The notes under the pieces are model-generated. The model did not search any database and had not been told where the DNA came from. It worked only from the letters and a program-made list of their open reading frames with translations. Positions 27,069 through 39,420 of a stretch of DNA of 64,000 nucleotides are shown here, piece after piece; the stretch's first letter is position 1; each line of letters opens with the position of its first letter. The position numbers were made by a program, and so were the translations under genes. The DNA comes from Eledone cirrhosa (taxonomy: Eukaryota), in contig OZ024742.1 in assembly GCA_964016885.1 (NCBI GenBank), positions 61,504,001-61,568,000 of the forward strand, given 5' to 3'.

Positions 27069-27560
27069 TTGGTGCCTCTGAAATAGCGATATATATATAT
27101 GAATGTATATATAGTGTATTTTGCAATACACTGTATGCTTAATTAAAAGCATTTCGAAGACCTTACGCTATTGTTTTAGAGTAGTGACAGTCTCACTTAC
27201 TTTAAATTTTCAGCAAACAGGTGAGATAAAGCTGACAGAGCTCTGTTTCGTACTGATTGGTACTTATCAAAGCCAAGTATTCCATCTGTTTGCTCAAAAT
27301 CATGAATGTTTGATTCTTATAGAATTCTAGTAATAATCCGGAACTGATTATACAGAGCGGTTGCCGGTCAAGCAGAAATTGAAAATTAGAATTGGTGCTC
27401 TGAAATAGCGATATATATATGAATGTATATATAGTGTATTTTGCAATACACTGTATGCGTAATTAAAAGCATTTCGAAGACCTTACGCTACTGTTTTAGA
27501 GTAGTGACAGTCTCACTCACTTTAAATTTTCTAAAGCAATAGCGTAAGGTCTTCAAAATG
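27062..27560 (-). mobile_element. Non-coding 323-bp tandem unit (about 1.45 copies) carrying a hammerhead; non-autonomous PLE or retrozyme-like
   Basis: 27062-27211 is repeated at 27385-27531, followed by an inverted piece at 27531-27560. It starts at (TA)n. Confidence 0.75.
27212..27294 (-). ncRNA. Type I hammerhead ribozyme, U3-A8 variant, GUC cleavage triplet
   Basis: GGCU-UUGAUAA-GUAC-CAAUCA-GUAC-GAAA-CAGAGCUCUG-UC-AGCU, with outer stem AGCAAACAG/CUGUUUGCU. Confidence 0.88.
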
Positions 27561-27843
27561 TTCTATGTGTGTGTGTGTTTTCATTTTGTCCTTAATTGTA
27601 AGTTGTGATGTTGCTGTTCCACTCATATTTTCTATTTAATTTTGGTTGTAATTCTTTTATGTTTATTGCCTCTGTAGTTTGTCTAAACATTGCGTCTTTT
27701 CTGTGTGTAGATTCTATTTTTATTTCTATGTTCTCTAATTTACTCTTGTGTTCTATTTTAGCATGTTGGTAGAGTACAGATGATTCTTTATTATCTTAAA
27801 GGTCTCGCCAGTGAACGGATAAATGAACACTGGCGAGACCTTT
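27561..27843 (-). pseudogene. PLE GIY-YIG C-terminal fragment ending in a short fold-back
   Basis: Inverted homolog of 33460-33725. A 16-bp inverted repeat spans 27798-27843. Confidence 0.7.
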
Positions 27844-27891
27844 CAACTGTCCACAGTTGAAAATTGCAAACTCGACTGTCACCACATATTA

Positions 27892-27930
27892 TGAACCTGA
27901 AGATTGCGAAAGCATGAAAGTACTTGTTCA
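27892..27930 (+). ncRNA. Minimal type I hammerhead ribozyme
   Basis: TGAAC-CTGAAGA-T TGC GAAA GCA T-GAAA-GTAC-TT-GTTCA, followed by AATAAA. Confidence 0.85.
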
Positions 27931-29007
27931 ATAAACACTTAGAATTTAATATTCTATCATACTATTTCATTATAATACCATGATATATTTTAAAGGATTG
28001 TAAATAAAACGAGTAAATCAGACAAAGTTGGAATTCCAAAGAATCGCTGCTTTCACCCTTAACGGGATCTTCTGAAACTAACAAAGTCAATCTGTAAACG
28101 CAGAACTGGATATTTCAAAAAACGTTGCAACCGGAGGAAGACAGGAAGACGATACTTTGGTTCGTGGTAACGTTCGCTGGCAAAGAACGGGAAAAAACGA
28201 ATAATACGTCATTAATAGGAGCGGTGAAAAACAATTACGTGCAAAGACAAAACCACGTTTATGGTATAAAAGAGGTCGTAGACTAATGTTCTCTTAGGTG
28301 GTGCATAGAGACGTTCTCTGGCAATGAACGAAAAAACGAAGATAATAAGTCATATGTGGAGCGTGGAGAACAATAGCACGCAAAGACAAAACCACGTAAA
28401 TGGTATAGCAGAAATCGTAGGCTAAAATTCTAACTAGGAGACCAAGTGAATCTCCGCTACAGAGTTAAGAACAAAGTAAATAAATACAATACAGAAGTAA
28501 TAGAAACAAATAAATACATACACGCAAACAGATACGTACATACACAAGCATACGCAAAACCTTACCATGGGTATACAGAACCACGCACATATAAATATGT
28601 GTGTGTGTGTATGCTTGTGTACAAATAAATAAATAATTATATAAACGTATATAAGTAAATAAATACGTATATAACAAGCGCACACGCATACCTACATATA
28701 AATACACGAATGTTCAGAGACGTAAGTCAACTAAAACAAGAAGTACACATATACACACACCCACCATACGTACGAACCTGCACACTCACGCGGACGCAAA
28801 ACTCCCGTATACACATAGCCAAACCCTAAATACCAGAATATGTAGAAATTATACGCTATAACAGTCAAATATACGTACGAAAAGGTATACATACCTTCAC
28901 AAAACATACGGGTAATATATACTTACCTATGCAAATAAGTAAAGGAATAAACAAAACATATACTTAGCTCCCACATCAAGACGTAAAATATCCACGTATA
29001 GATCGTG

Positions 29008-31137
29008 CTATCCGTTAGGGTATAACGTGGGGCTGTAATACAGGAAAGTTTTGTGCAATTTATGTTTACAAGCCGAAATTGCCTCAGATTTTTTGTTTAA
29101 GATGTGGTCTGTAGCGTAGAGTATTTCCAGGGCCTCAGCGGCGCAGAGGTCACATGGTCTTTTATTTCCGTTATACGATCTAGCCCTAACTAGGATCCCC
29201 CAGTGTAACTTATATTGGGTGTGGTTGTCTTTTAGACTCCAGATATAAGCTGAAAGTGACGTCATATTCCTTCTTAGAGGGTAACGAAAAGAATGGGTAT
29301 GCATGTAAAGACGCTGCTTGAAACTATTGGCGGTTAACCCTATGTAGGCCCTACGGGACGTGGGTGTTACAACCTTACATTTGTAGACAATGTTACTAGA
29401 GAGGCATTTCCCGGATAGGGGGCAATCAGCCCGATTCCTACAATTACAGTTAGTACTAACTACAGGGTTGCACGTGTTCCTACGGCTAGGTAGTTTAGCT
29501 AAATTTGAAGCTGTGATGTTATGTGCAAGGTTAGGAGTCGTAGAGTAAGAAATTTTAATAGTATTTCTATTAAAAATGTTACTATATTTATGTGTAGGGG
29601 GAAAATGCTTCGTAATAAGGGAAAGAAAGATCTTAGCTAATGGTGTGGCCACCTCCATATAATATGGTGGGTTAAACCAACAAATGCGACGGGATCTATT
29701 TCTTCTAGGTCTATTTTCGTACTCTGTATATGCTACCTTATCGACAAATCCACTTCGAGCAAGAGCTTCATTGTAATAAGTGGAATGGTCGTTGAAAATG
29801 CGCTCGTTGGTGGAAAGACGGGAAAGCCTCAACGAAACGTTTCTTACCAGCTTCTTGGTTATGCTGGCAGGATGGTTGGAATGCTTACTTATGTAATTAA
29901 GCGTATCATTCGGCTTTCTATACGTGTAATACAACCCATTCAATAAATTGGGGGTAACGTCGAGGTAATTAACGACCGAGAGATTGGCCTCAACCTGTAT
30001 AGAGAGGTTGAAGCCTTTAAAGAAGGCTGTGAGTTCTTTTCTGAACCTGTCGCAAGCACGAGGTCCGCACTTAGTCATGGTCAAAAGACCGTCGTCACGG
30101 TACAAACTACCGCCCACGTTGGGGAATTCGTCCTTGATAGAGAAAAGAAGGAAAAGGCCAATAAGATCAGTAACCTCCGCAGAGTCACTGGCGCCCATAC
30201 TCACGTCGAATGGGGTACTATTGGATTTTTTAATCCAAATAGAGTCGTCGAAATTAATCACCGACTTTCGGGCATTAAGTATGACATCAACTTTTAAATC
30301 CTTAACCACTGTGAGTGTTTTAGCGAAATTGATAGCTCTAAGGAGAAGTGGTAAAGTCATGGAGGAGTAGTAATTGTTGATGTCGAATTGGATAAAACGG
30401 CAATGTTCCTTGTTGCATATGCCGTTGAACCAATCAATCACCGCGAAAGAATTGTTCCACAGTGCGAGAGGGGCCAAACTTCTAATTTCAGGTATAATTC
30501 TATCAAGAATCGTTTTACTAAGTCTACCTAAATCGGACTTCGTAGGGTTAATAAGCCGAATAGAGGGGTTGTTCGTAAAATTGGATTTGTGATCCTTCAG
30601 GGTAAAGTGGGGAGAGATAGGGTCCAGAGGTTCGGTCCGGTCCAGGATATTGAGATCAGATGTGATTTTAAACCCAGCATCGTTGATTTCATTGATGACG
30701 CACCGATTAGTTTTACGGTAATCCTTAGTTACAGCATTATGTAGTAGTTGATGGTAAGTACTGCGCTCTACTTGATATATGTTGCAAGTTTTGTCGGAAT
30801 GGACGTGCACGGCGTTAGAATCCTTAATAGAACGAATTCTATTCTTCAGGTCTTGCTGGAAGGAATTGCTCCTATTCCGAAATTTGATATTCCGAATGAG
30901 TTCCAAGACATCATTTTCGAAGGGTAGTAATGCTGGGTTCCACGGAGGGTTATTATAAGTTTTAAATCCAAATTTATCCTGTTTGTTGTCTGCTTTTCGC
31001 GGATTATCGAAATAAAAGGCAAGCCAACGCAACCTTTTAATGAACGCGTCTGTTTTCTGTATCAGGAGTTTTAGGTATGTTTTCCTGCTTGGTACGGGTA
31101 TGTTCTTTGTAGAAATATTCAGATGTTGTTTCTGCAT
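29008..31137 (-). CDS. Complete 709-aa PLE reverse transcriptase/GIY-YIG endonuclease
   Basis: Motifs STKNIP, LRWLA, SDKT, LKDHK, IRLINP, YRDDGL, CNCRNRADCPLSGKC and IVY...YIGLT...R...H. Confidence 0.95.
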   Translation of the reverse strand: MQKQHLNISTKNIPVPSRKTYLKLLIQKTDAFIKRLRWLAFYFDNPRKADNKQDKFGFKTYNNPPWNPALLPFENDVLELIRNIKFRNRSNSFQQDLKNRIRSIKDSNAVHVHSDKTCNIYQVERSTYHQLLHNAVTKDYRKTNRCVINEINDAGFKITSDLNILDRTEPLDPISPHFTLKDHKSNFTNNPSIRLINPTKSDLGRLSKTILDRIIPEIRSLAPLALWNNSFAVIDWFNGICNKEHCRFIQFDINNYYSSMTLPLLLRAINFAKTLTVVKDLKVDVILNARKSVINFDDSIWIKKSNSTPFDVSMGASDSAEVTDLIGLFLLFSIKDEFPNVGGSLYRDDGLLTMTKCGPRACDRFRKELTAFFKGFNLSIQVEANLSVVNYLDVTPNLLNGLYYTYRKPNDTLNYISKHSNHPASITKKLVRNVSLRLSRLSTNERIFNDHSTYYNEALARSGFVDKVAYTEYENRPRRNRSRRICWFNPPYYMEVATPLAKIFLSLITKHFPPTHKYSNIFNRNTIKISYSTTPNLAHNITASNLAKLPSRRNTCNPVVSTNCNCRNRADCPLSGKCLSSNIVYKCKVVTPTSRRAYIGLTANSFKQRLYMHTHSFRYPLRRNMTSLSAYIWSLKDNHTQYKLHWGILVRARSYNGNKRPCDLCAAEALEILYATDHILNKKSEAISACKHKLHKTFLYYSPTLYPNG

Positions 31138-31835
31138 GATGAATATAAGTCGGTAGAGTGCTCAACCGAAGGAGCCAAATAGTAATAATAATAATAATAA
31201 TAAAATTGAAGACTAAAATTCGTGTATTTATATGTAGGTATGCGTGTGCGCTTGTTATATACGTATTTATTTACTTATATACGTTTATATAATTATTTAT
31301 TTATTTGTACACAAGCATACACACACACACATATTTATATGTGCGTGGTTCTGTATACCCATGGTAAGGTTTTGCGTATGCTTGTGTATGTACGTATCTG
31401 TTTGCGTGTATGTATTTATTTGTTTCTATTACTTCTGTATTGTATTTATTTACTTTGTTCTTAACTCTGTAGCGGAGATTCACTTGGTCTCCTAGTTAGA
31501 ATTTTAGCCTACGATTTCTGCTATACCATTTACGTGGTTTTGTCTTTGCGTGCTATTGTTCTCCACGCTCCACATATGACTTATTATATCTTCGTTTTTT
31601 CGTTCATTGCCAGAGAACGTCTCTATGCACCACCTAAGAGAACATTAGTCTACGACCTCTTTTATACCATATACGTGGTTTTGTCTTTGCACGTAATTGT
31701 TTTTCACCGCTCCTATTAATGACGTATTATTCGTTTTTTCCCGTTCTTTGCCAGCGAACGTTACCACGAACCAAAGTATCGTCTTCCTGTCTTCCTCCGG
31801 TTGCAACGTTTTTTGAAATATCCAGTTCTGCGTTT

Positions 31836-31911
31836 ACAGATTGACTTTGTTAGTTTCAGAAGATCCCGTTAAGGGTGAAAGCAGCGATTCTTTGCTTAAA
31901 CTTTAATCTGT
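31836..31911 (+). ncRNA. Hammerhead-like fold with CAGAAGA (U4A) core
   Basis: AGTTT-CAGAAGA-TCCC GTTAA GGGT-GAAA-GCAG..TTGC-TT-AAACT, with outer stem ACAGATTGA/TTAATCTGT. Confidence 0.7.
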
Positions 31912-31920
31912 TATTTTAAT

Positions 31921-32437
<517 letters not shown>

Positions 32438-32473
32438 GTTAAAAGAATAGAGGTGTAACACACAAGTTATTAT

Positions 32474-32860
32474 ATATTGGTAAACGGAATAGAAAATGCT
32501 GACAAATTGTTCACAGTTGAAAAATCGTTTAATTAGGAATAAAAGAGTATTAGTGATTGTATGGGTTAGTATTCAGTTGTGGTTTTAAGTTTTTAAGTTT
32601 TTACCGGTTGCGCATTTCTAAATGCTTTTCAAAAATAATTTTGAGATAGAGTGTCCGTGCTGTTTGCTCTGGAGCAAACAGCACAGACACTCTATCTCAA
32701 AATTATTTTTGAAAAGCATTTAGAAATGCGCAACCGGTAAAAACTTAAAAACTTAAAACCACAACTGAATACTAACCCATACAATCACTAATACTCTTTT
32801 ATTCCTAATTAAACGATTTTTCAACTGTGAACAATTTGTCAGCATTTTCTATTCCGTTCA

Positions 32861-32867
<7 letters not shown>
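32474..32867. repeat. Near-perfect 390-bp palindrome derived from a Neptune-type PLE terminus
   Basis: Arms mirror around CTGG at about 32669-32672. Each arm has TTGAAAA-GCATT..AATGC-GCAA-CCGG-TA. Confidence 0.9.
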
Positions 32868-32914
<47 letters not shown>

Positions 32915-33165
32915 CATGTTCAGATGGATGACCAGTTAGGGTATTGTAACTGTTGGCTCTCAAAGTATCCTGAGGTAAGCACTCAACATCCTGAAGCATT
33001 GCAGATTGCATCTGGCGGCGAATCTGCAGTGAAGAATAAGTATGCTTTTAGAAACATTTATTCATAAATGTTCCATTACAAATGTTTCGAAGGGTTTGAC
33101 GACTGTGCTGTGTGCTGGTTTCCGAATAAATTATTACAAAAACCCATTTTGCATACATATATATA

Positions 33166-33383
33166 TAAGGGAAATAGATGAAATCGAAAATGCAACTGGA
33201 GTCTTTTAAAAGAAATTTTGGTTTTTCTCACATGTGACAAAACCACAAACCCTCCATCTCAATTCTAGTTTTGAAAAGCAGAAGAACTGCGAAACCGGTA
33301 AAGGAACCAAATAAATGTTATAATTTCTTTTAAAAGACTCCGGTTGCATTTTCGATTTCATCTGTTTTCCTTATACTTTCACT
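33166..33383 (+). mobile_element. Solo Neptune-type terminus with inverted partial copy and U3-A8 hammerhead core (33269-33302)
   Basis: Homologous to 46187-46343. Inverted arms at 33166-33217 and 33322-33374. Confidence 0.8.
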
Positions 33384-33427
33384 ATATATATTTCGTTTCT
33401 GAATTTGTTTAGCAAGATTCTTTATCT

Positions 33428-34080
33428 CACATAGGTGAGACAGATCCTAGTATAGGGAACGGATAAATGAACACTGGCGAGAGCTTCAAGTTAGAAAAGA
33501 ATCATCTGTCCTTCACCAACATGCTAAAATAGAACATAAGGGTAAATTAGAGAACATAGAAATAAAAATAGAATCTACACACAGAAAAGACGCAATGTTT
33601 AGACAAATCACAGAGGCAATAAACATAAATGAACTCCAACCAAATCAAATGGAAAACATGAATGGAATAGCAACATCACAACTTACACTTAAGGAGAAAA
33701 TGAAAACACGCACACACATAGAACAAACACCCAACCAGTAACATGTAAATAAACAAATAAATAAACAAATATGAACACACACAAACACCCGGATGTAACA
33801 CATGCGGAAACTAAGCACACAACACACACAAAAACAAGATGGCGTAGGACAGAACAAAGGAGAGGCACAAAAACAAAGAAAAGAATCCCCAGTCACTGAA
33901 GAGGTCACAGAATGTGTGAGGAAAGAACTTTGACAATATAGGAACAACCGTCCGGTTGTGGAACCAACCAACAAACCGGAAATTTCTAAATTTTTAAATT
34001 TCTAAATTTAATTTATAATAAATTGGAGGGAAGCATCTGGTGCGTGCGTTTCTTATTGGCAACATGACCCTCCCAAAGCA
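33428..34080 (+). mobile_element. PLE 3' fragment: GIY-YIG C-terminus, 3' UTR and hammerhead
   Basis: Reads IGETDPSIG/ERINEHWRE...HQHAKIEH...RQITEAINI. HHR at 33892-33934. Confidence 0.75.
33892..33934 (+). ncRNA. Minimal hammerhead, slightly decayed
   Basis: GTCA-CTGAAGA-GG TCACA GAATG TGTGA G-GAAA-GAAC-TT-TGAC. Confidence 0.7.
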
Positions 34081-34187
34081 TAATAATATATATATATATA
34101 TAATATATATATATATAATATATATATATATATATAATATATATATATATATAATATATATATATACAATATATATATATAATATAA

Positions 34188-34335
34188 TATCGTCTTCCTG
34201 TCTTCCTCCGGTTGCAACGTTTTTTGAAATATCCAGTTCTGCGTTTACAGATTGACTTTGTTAGTTTCAGAAGATCCCGTTAAGGGTGAAAGCAGCGATT
34301 CTTTGCTTAAACTTTAATCTGTTATTTTAATAAAT
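34188..34335 (+). mobile_element. Solo terminus of the Naiad copy 3 family, including the CAGAAGA hammerhead (34247-34322)
   Basis: Appears identical to 31777-31924. TA-rich repeats on both sides. Confidence 0.9.
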
Positions 34336-34336
34336 A

Positions 34337-34368
<32 letters not shown>

Positions 34369-34380
34369 GGAACCAGTAAG

Positions 34381-34474
34381 ACCCCGACAGCTGAGCTCAA
34401 GCCGTTTCGACGGCTAATTCTGGACTAAATGAAAATTTATCCTGGTATTTAAATAGCCGATCTTCTCAAGGGGT
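34381..34474 (-). ncRNA. Type I hammerhead ribozyme, U3-A8 variant, GUC triplet
   Basis: ACCCC-UUGAGAA-GA(U)CGGCUA...UAGCCGUC-GAAA-CGGCU UGAGCUC AGCUG-UC-GGGGU. Confidence 0.85.
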
Positions 34475-35589
34475 AATTCCATATATGGTCAAAGTGATTG
34501 TCAAAAATCAGTAGTAGATCTGCGGTTGCAAATTAGTAGGGGAGATGGTGGCTAAACCTGCCAGTAGGAGAAAGAGGGGAGGGGGTAGAGTAGACCCAAT
34601 CAAGCGTTGGTAGTGCCAGCTACAGCTGGGCATGAGGTCAAAGAAGATACAGGGGAGGGGGAGGGGGAGGAAGTCGGAACGGTAGGTAGAACAATGGGGG
34701 GTAGAAATATATAGGAAAGAAAAAATACTGAGAGTGAAGAAAAGCAAATAAGTGTAAAGAAAAAAGTAAAGTAAATTAAATTCTACGACCTAGGTCTCTA
34801 GCTATTGTTAGGCTAGAATAAATAAATAAAGAAAGAAAGAAAGAAGTAAAGAAAGAAATAAAGAAATAACGAAATAAGTAAAAGAACTAGGTGGGACGAA
34901 ATAGGCAAGGACCCTTTTAAGAGGTATAAGTACGTAAATGATACGGTGACGGGTCAACAAAAGGGGCCAAAATACTAAAGAGACTACCACGAAATAAAGA
35001 ATAAAGGTTTCCATCCCGGGCACAATGCCAGCAACCACCCAGTGCAGCAAAGTGAACTAGTACGAGATAATAATTCTGAGTCCCTAGAAAAATATATACT
35101 AATGCTAACTCTAAAAGATCTAAAACAAGCTACATGAAAGTTCGTACGAAGCAATGGTAGAATACGGAAAAATAAATTCAGAATCCACCCCGCCCAAAAG
35201 AAAAGCGAAGAAAGAAATACTGAAATGAAAAAATAAGGCATAAGTGCCACTAAGAAATATAGAGGGCACAGAGAATAGTGGGAGCGGTCGGAAAAATGGG
35301 ACAAGTATCCGGGGTCTAAACCAACTGCTATAAAGGGCGGAGTCCGCCAAATCTATCATAGACTAGGGGAGGGGGTGGGGGTACTAAGGCTACAAGGGGC
35401 CAAAGGGCAGCCTCGGGTGGGCGAGAAAAGACGCCGACAAAGGAGAAGAGCTGAGGTAGAAGGACTAAGGAGAGAGGGGGGAAGGAAATAAAGGAAGCGA
35501 TAAAAGAATACAAAGAAGATCTTACGTCTCCCTTGGCAAGCAGGGGTTACCCATTGCAAAATCGGCAAGTGGGGTGTTATAGCCCTAGT

Positions 35590-36553
35590 CTACCCCCCCC
35601 CCCCCCCCGGGTCATTATGGGGTTTGAGGGCGAGGTAAGTCCTACGCAATCTATGTTTACATGCAGTAACCAGTTCATCTTTCTTGTTTAGGAGTTGGTC
35701 CGTCGAAAACAGCATTTGTAAAGTTTCCTCCGAGCATAAATTGCACGGACGGCGTCCTCCCGTGTAAGAATTGGCTCTGGACAGTAATCTCCAAGTGAGA
35801 TCATAGGTGATGTTGTTGTCCTTGAGGTCCCATATGTGGCCCGAAAGTGTAGTGGCGTGACGCCGGGCCGGGTTTCGGAAGGTATGTCTATGTTGGTATA
35901 GCCGGGTCTTGAAGTCACATGCGGTAAGTCCTATATAGGCTTTGTTGGAGGTATCCGTCCTCACGTTGCACTGGTAGATCACATTACGGTCTCTGCATCT
36001 ATTGTCGAGTGGGCAAATAGATCTATCCGGGCAGTTACACCTCCTGGTCGGTTCTCCACTGCTATTTAGGTTATTTCTGCCATCGGGGTTGAGTTTTTTG
36101 TTGTTAGAGGAGACGATGTTTTGTGCGAAGTTTGGTGTAGTGCTGTAAGAGAGTTTGATGGTATTTTTGTTAATTATGTTGTGGTAGCGGTGTTGTAATG
36201 GGAAGTGTTTTTCAATGAGCCTAAAGAATAGTTTCCCGATGGGAGTTGTCACCTCTGCGTTGTGGGGAGGATTGAACCATGTTACATTGCGTGAGCGGCG
36301 GTGTCTCCTGCTGGTTCCGCTAATGGGAGCTGGACAGTAGGATATTTCCTCCCGGAAACCACTCCGCTTGAGGGCCTGGTTGTAATAAGGCGCATGTTCA
36401 TCGAATATCCGCTCATTAGCTGACAAACGGGATATGCGGAGGGAGATGTTTTTGACCAGGTTGTTTGTGATGTTCCTAGGATGGTTTGATCGGCGGTGGA
36501 TGTAGTGCAGATTGTCATTAGGTTTCCTGTATGGGTAGTACAGGTCGTTTTCG

Positions 36554-36555
<2 letters not shown>
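35590..36555 (-). CDS. PLE RT thumb plus GIY-YIG, truncated
   Basis: The frame is open up to the truncation (LENDLYYPYRKPND...). Contains CNCPDRSICPLDNRC and VIY...YIGLT. Confidence 0.9.
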
Positions 36556-36605
<50 letters not shown>

Positions 36606-36613
36606 GAAAATTG

Positions 36614-36815
36614 TCAGGACCCCGACGGCTGAGCTCCGGCCGTTTTGACAGCTACATCCGAATTAGCTGTCGAACAGTTCGGATCTAGCTGTAGAAACGG
36701 CCGGAGCTCAGCCATCGGGGTCCTGACTCTTTTCGTACTACCCACTGTAATACCCTAAGTATCGAGTACTCTGGTGCGTTACGGTTCACCTGGTTTCTTA
36801 TCACATTTTCTTTGT
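36614..36815 (+). mobile_element. Fold-back of two hammerhead 3' halves plus terminal tail (related to copy 4)
   Basis: Inverted arms at 36614-36662 and 36677-36727. GAAA-CGGC..GCCA-TC-GGGGT. The tail has GAGTACTC and then TA repeats. Confidence 0.75.
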
Positions 36816-36822
36816 TATATAT

Positions 36823-37754
36823 ATATAAATTCAGCGAGAATCGTATTTCGGCTGGTAGAAAAAGCGAAACAAAACGCAAAATCGTAGAAATGCTGGCAAG
36901 CGCTCCAATAGTTAAGAAAACTAGAGCTAAACAATATGTTAAAACGCCATACAAACTGAAAAAGAGGTCAAGAAGGCATTAACCGCCTAAGCCAAAAAAC
37001 GAATCAAGCTAAACAGGTCAAACAAAATAAATGATAAAAACAGACCTGGACCCAAATGGAATTGATGGTAAAATCCAAATGCAGGATTTCTATGACACCT
37101 AAATCAATAATACTGTCTGCTTAAAACTGTAAGCTTTTAGCATAAAGATCGAACAAGGAATATCACGTTATCAACAGGTATTTTGCTCTGTAACCAACTT
37201 TGTGAGTGACGCAGAACTTTGTAAAAGCACATGTGTAACTCACAAGGGGAAAAAACCCCAGATTTTGGCAAATGAATTCAGTATGTGTATATCATACAAA
37301 TAATTGCATAGATGGCACAAATAGAATAAGCACTCAACCGGGTAGTTTTTAAAATAAACTTATGCAATTAATCTGTCAATAGAATTATTAACAGGTTAAT
37401 TGTAAGACTCGGGAGATTAATACAAATATAAATTCAGTGAGAATCGTATTTCGGCTGGTAGAAAAAGCGAAACGAAACGCAAAATCGTAGAAATTCTGGC
37501 AAGCGCTCCAATAGTTAAGAAAACTAGAGCTAAACAATATGTTAAAACGCCATACAAACTGAAAAAGTGGTCAAGAAGGCATTAACCACCTAAGCCAAAA
37601 AAACAAATCAAGCTAAACAGGTCAAACAAAATAAATGATAAAAACAGATCTGGACCCAATTGGAATTGATGGTAAAATCCAAATGCAGGGTTTCTATGAC
37701 AACTAAATCAATAATACTGTCTGCTTAAAACTATAAGCTTTTAGCATAAAGATC
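36823..37754 (-). repeat. About 603-bp tandem unit (1.5 copies) between TA repeats; probable non-autonomous PLE derivative
   Basis: 36823-37150 is repeated at 37426-37754. Confidence 0.75.
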
Positions 37755-37765
37755 AATATATATAT

Positions 37766-37882
<117 letters not shown>

Positions 37883-38090
37883 GGCCGACTGAATACGCAC
37901 GTCTGTTTTTTTTCTCCCCATTTTTTCTTATTTTCCCCGTTCCGTCATCTCATCACTTTTTACTTTCTATTTAACTTCTATTTCTAACACTATCCGAAAC
38001 GTTAAGACTCTCTTCCTGCTATTTCAAGCGTTAAACTAATATATTTCTTCCATGTACTGTGCCGTTTGTTATTTTTGTTATTAATTTTAC

Positions 38091-38238
<148 letters not shown>

Positions 38239-38639
38239 GCGTGTGTGTGTGTGTGTGTGTAAAACATAAATAGAAATAACAAAAAAATATATATATTACA
38301 AATATATATATACCACTCTATTGTTAGCGATCATTCGTAATGGATATTATGGTAAAGAAAGATCTAAGTTCATGAAGAATACAGTCTATAGTGGCCTAGT
38401 TTTTTTTTAGTTCAAGTGTCTTGGGATTGACATGATGTTAATTCAATCTACATTTTCCTGCCTTTTAATGTCAGATCTGATCAGTCGTTGATAAATCACT
38501 CTCCATTTCAAAAGGTTAGGTTATTTGATTTCTTTATCGAACTCTTTTTGTTGACACACTTTACACGTTTGAAAATGTTTTAATACATTATATATGTACG
38601 AGAGAGATAGAGCGGGGAGAGAGAGAAAAACGTGTTTTA

Positions 38640-39420
38640 TCTAGGTCGACCACGCAAATCACGAATTTTGAGGTTGAATAGGTAAACGTTTGAGATTTTG
38701 GATACCCTATTGTTTACCTGGCTGCTAATCTAATAAAAAACCTAATACGATCTAGATTACCCAATGCCTTTGCTCCAGTTTCACACGAATCATTCGAGAA
38801 ATATAGTCGGTACCTGTCAGACAATTGGAATAGCCGGATCCAGTTCTTGGGGTTTTTGCACCACCACCCCGCTCCACACTTCTATCATCTACTCACATGC
38901 CGTTCCACTCCCCCGTTATCAGTAAAGGTCGAGACTTTCGTAGAAAGGCTTCCAGGTGTCTGAAGTTATCCAACCATCCTGATCCTGCCGGGGCGTAGCC
39001 GGCCACCAGTCTAAAAGTACCACCTGTGCTATTACTCACATCCACGACCATCAGTTTATCCGGGTCCATGATGATCGTCCGTACATCGAGATCCATGCCT
39101 TTCCTAAACATTACACCCACCTGCTTACTATTCTAGGCCGACTAATGGATGCATAGATCTCAAAGAATGGGAACTAGAGCATGCGTGTCGGAAATCTTCG
39201 TCTCGCCGACGGCAATCACTTCCATAGCTAGTGACCTTAGGTTGTTGAGCAACTGACCCTGCTTCCAGGACAGCCCCATTTCGCGTACATTTATACATCC
39301 TACTCTCCGAGTTTCCATGTTTACTGATTAGAGCTAAGATAAAAACACTAAGGTAGGTGCTACATGTGCTGCTGGAGACCAAAACTATCCGATCTCTCAA
39401 AACAACAATGTTCTTCATAA
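38640..39420 (-). pseudogene. Old Tx1/L1 ORF2 endonuclease remnant
   Basis: METRRVGCINVR..., MDPDKLMVVDV...TFRLVAGYAP...LITGEWNG, parallel to copies A and B. Confidence 0.8.

Larger units (their letters stand above)
34369..36556 (-). mobile_element. Penelope-like element (Naiad-type) copy 4, 5'-truncated, in (TA)n
   Basis: ORF end, 1.2-kb 3' UTR and terminal HHR. (TA)n at both junctions. Confidence 0.9.
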
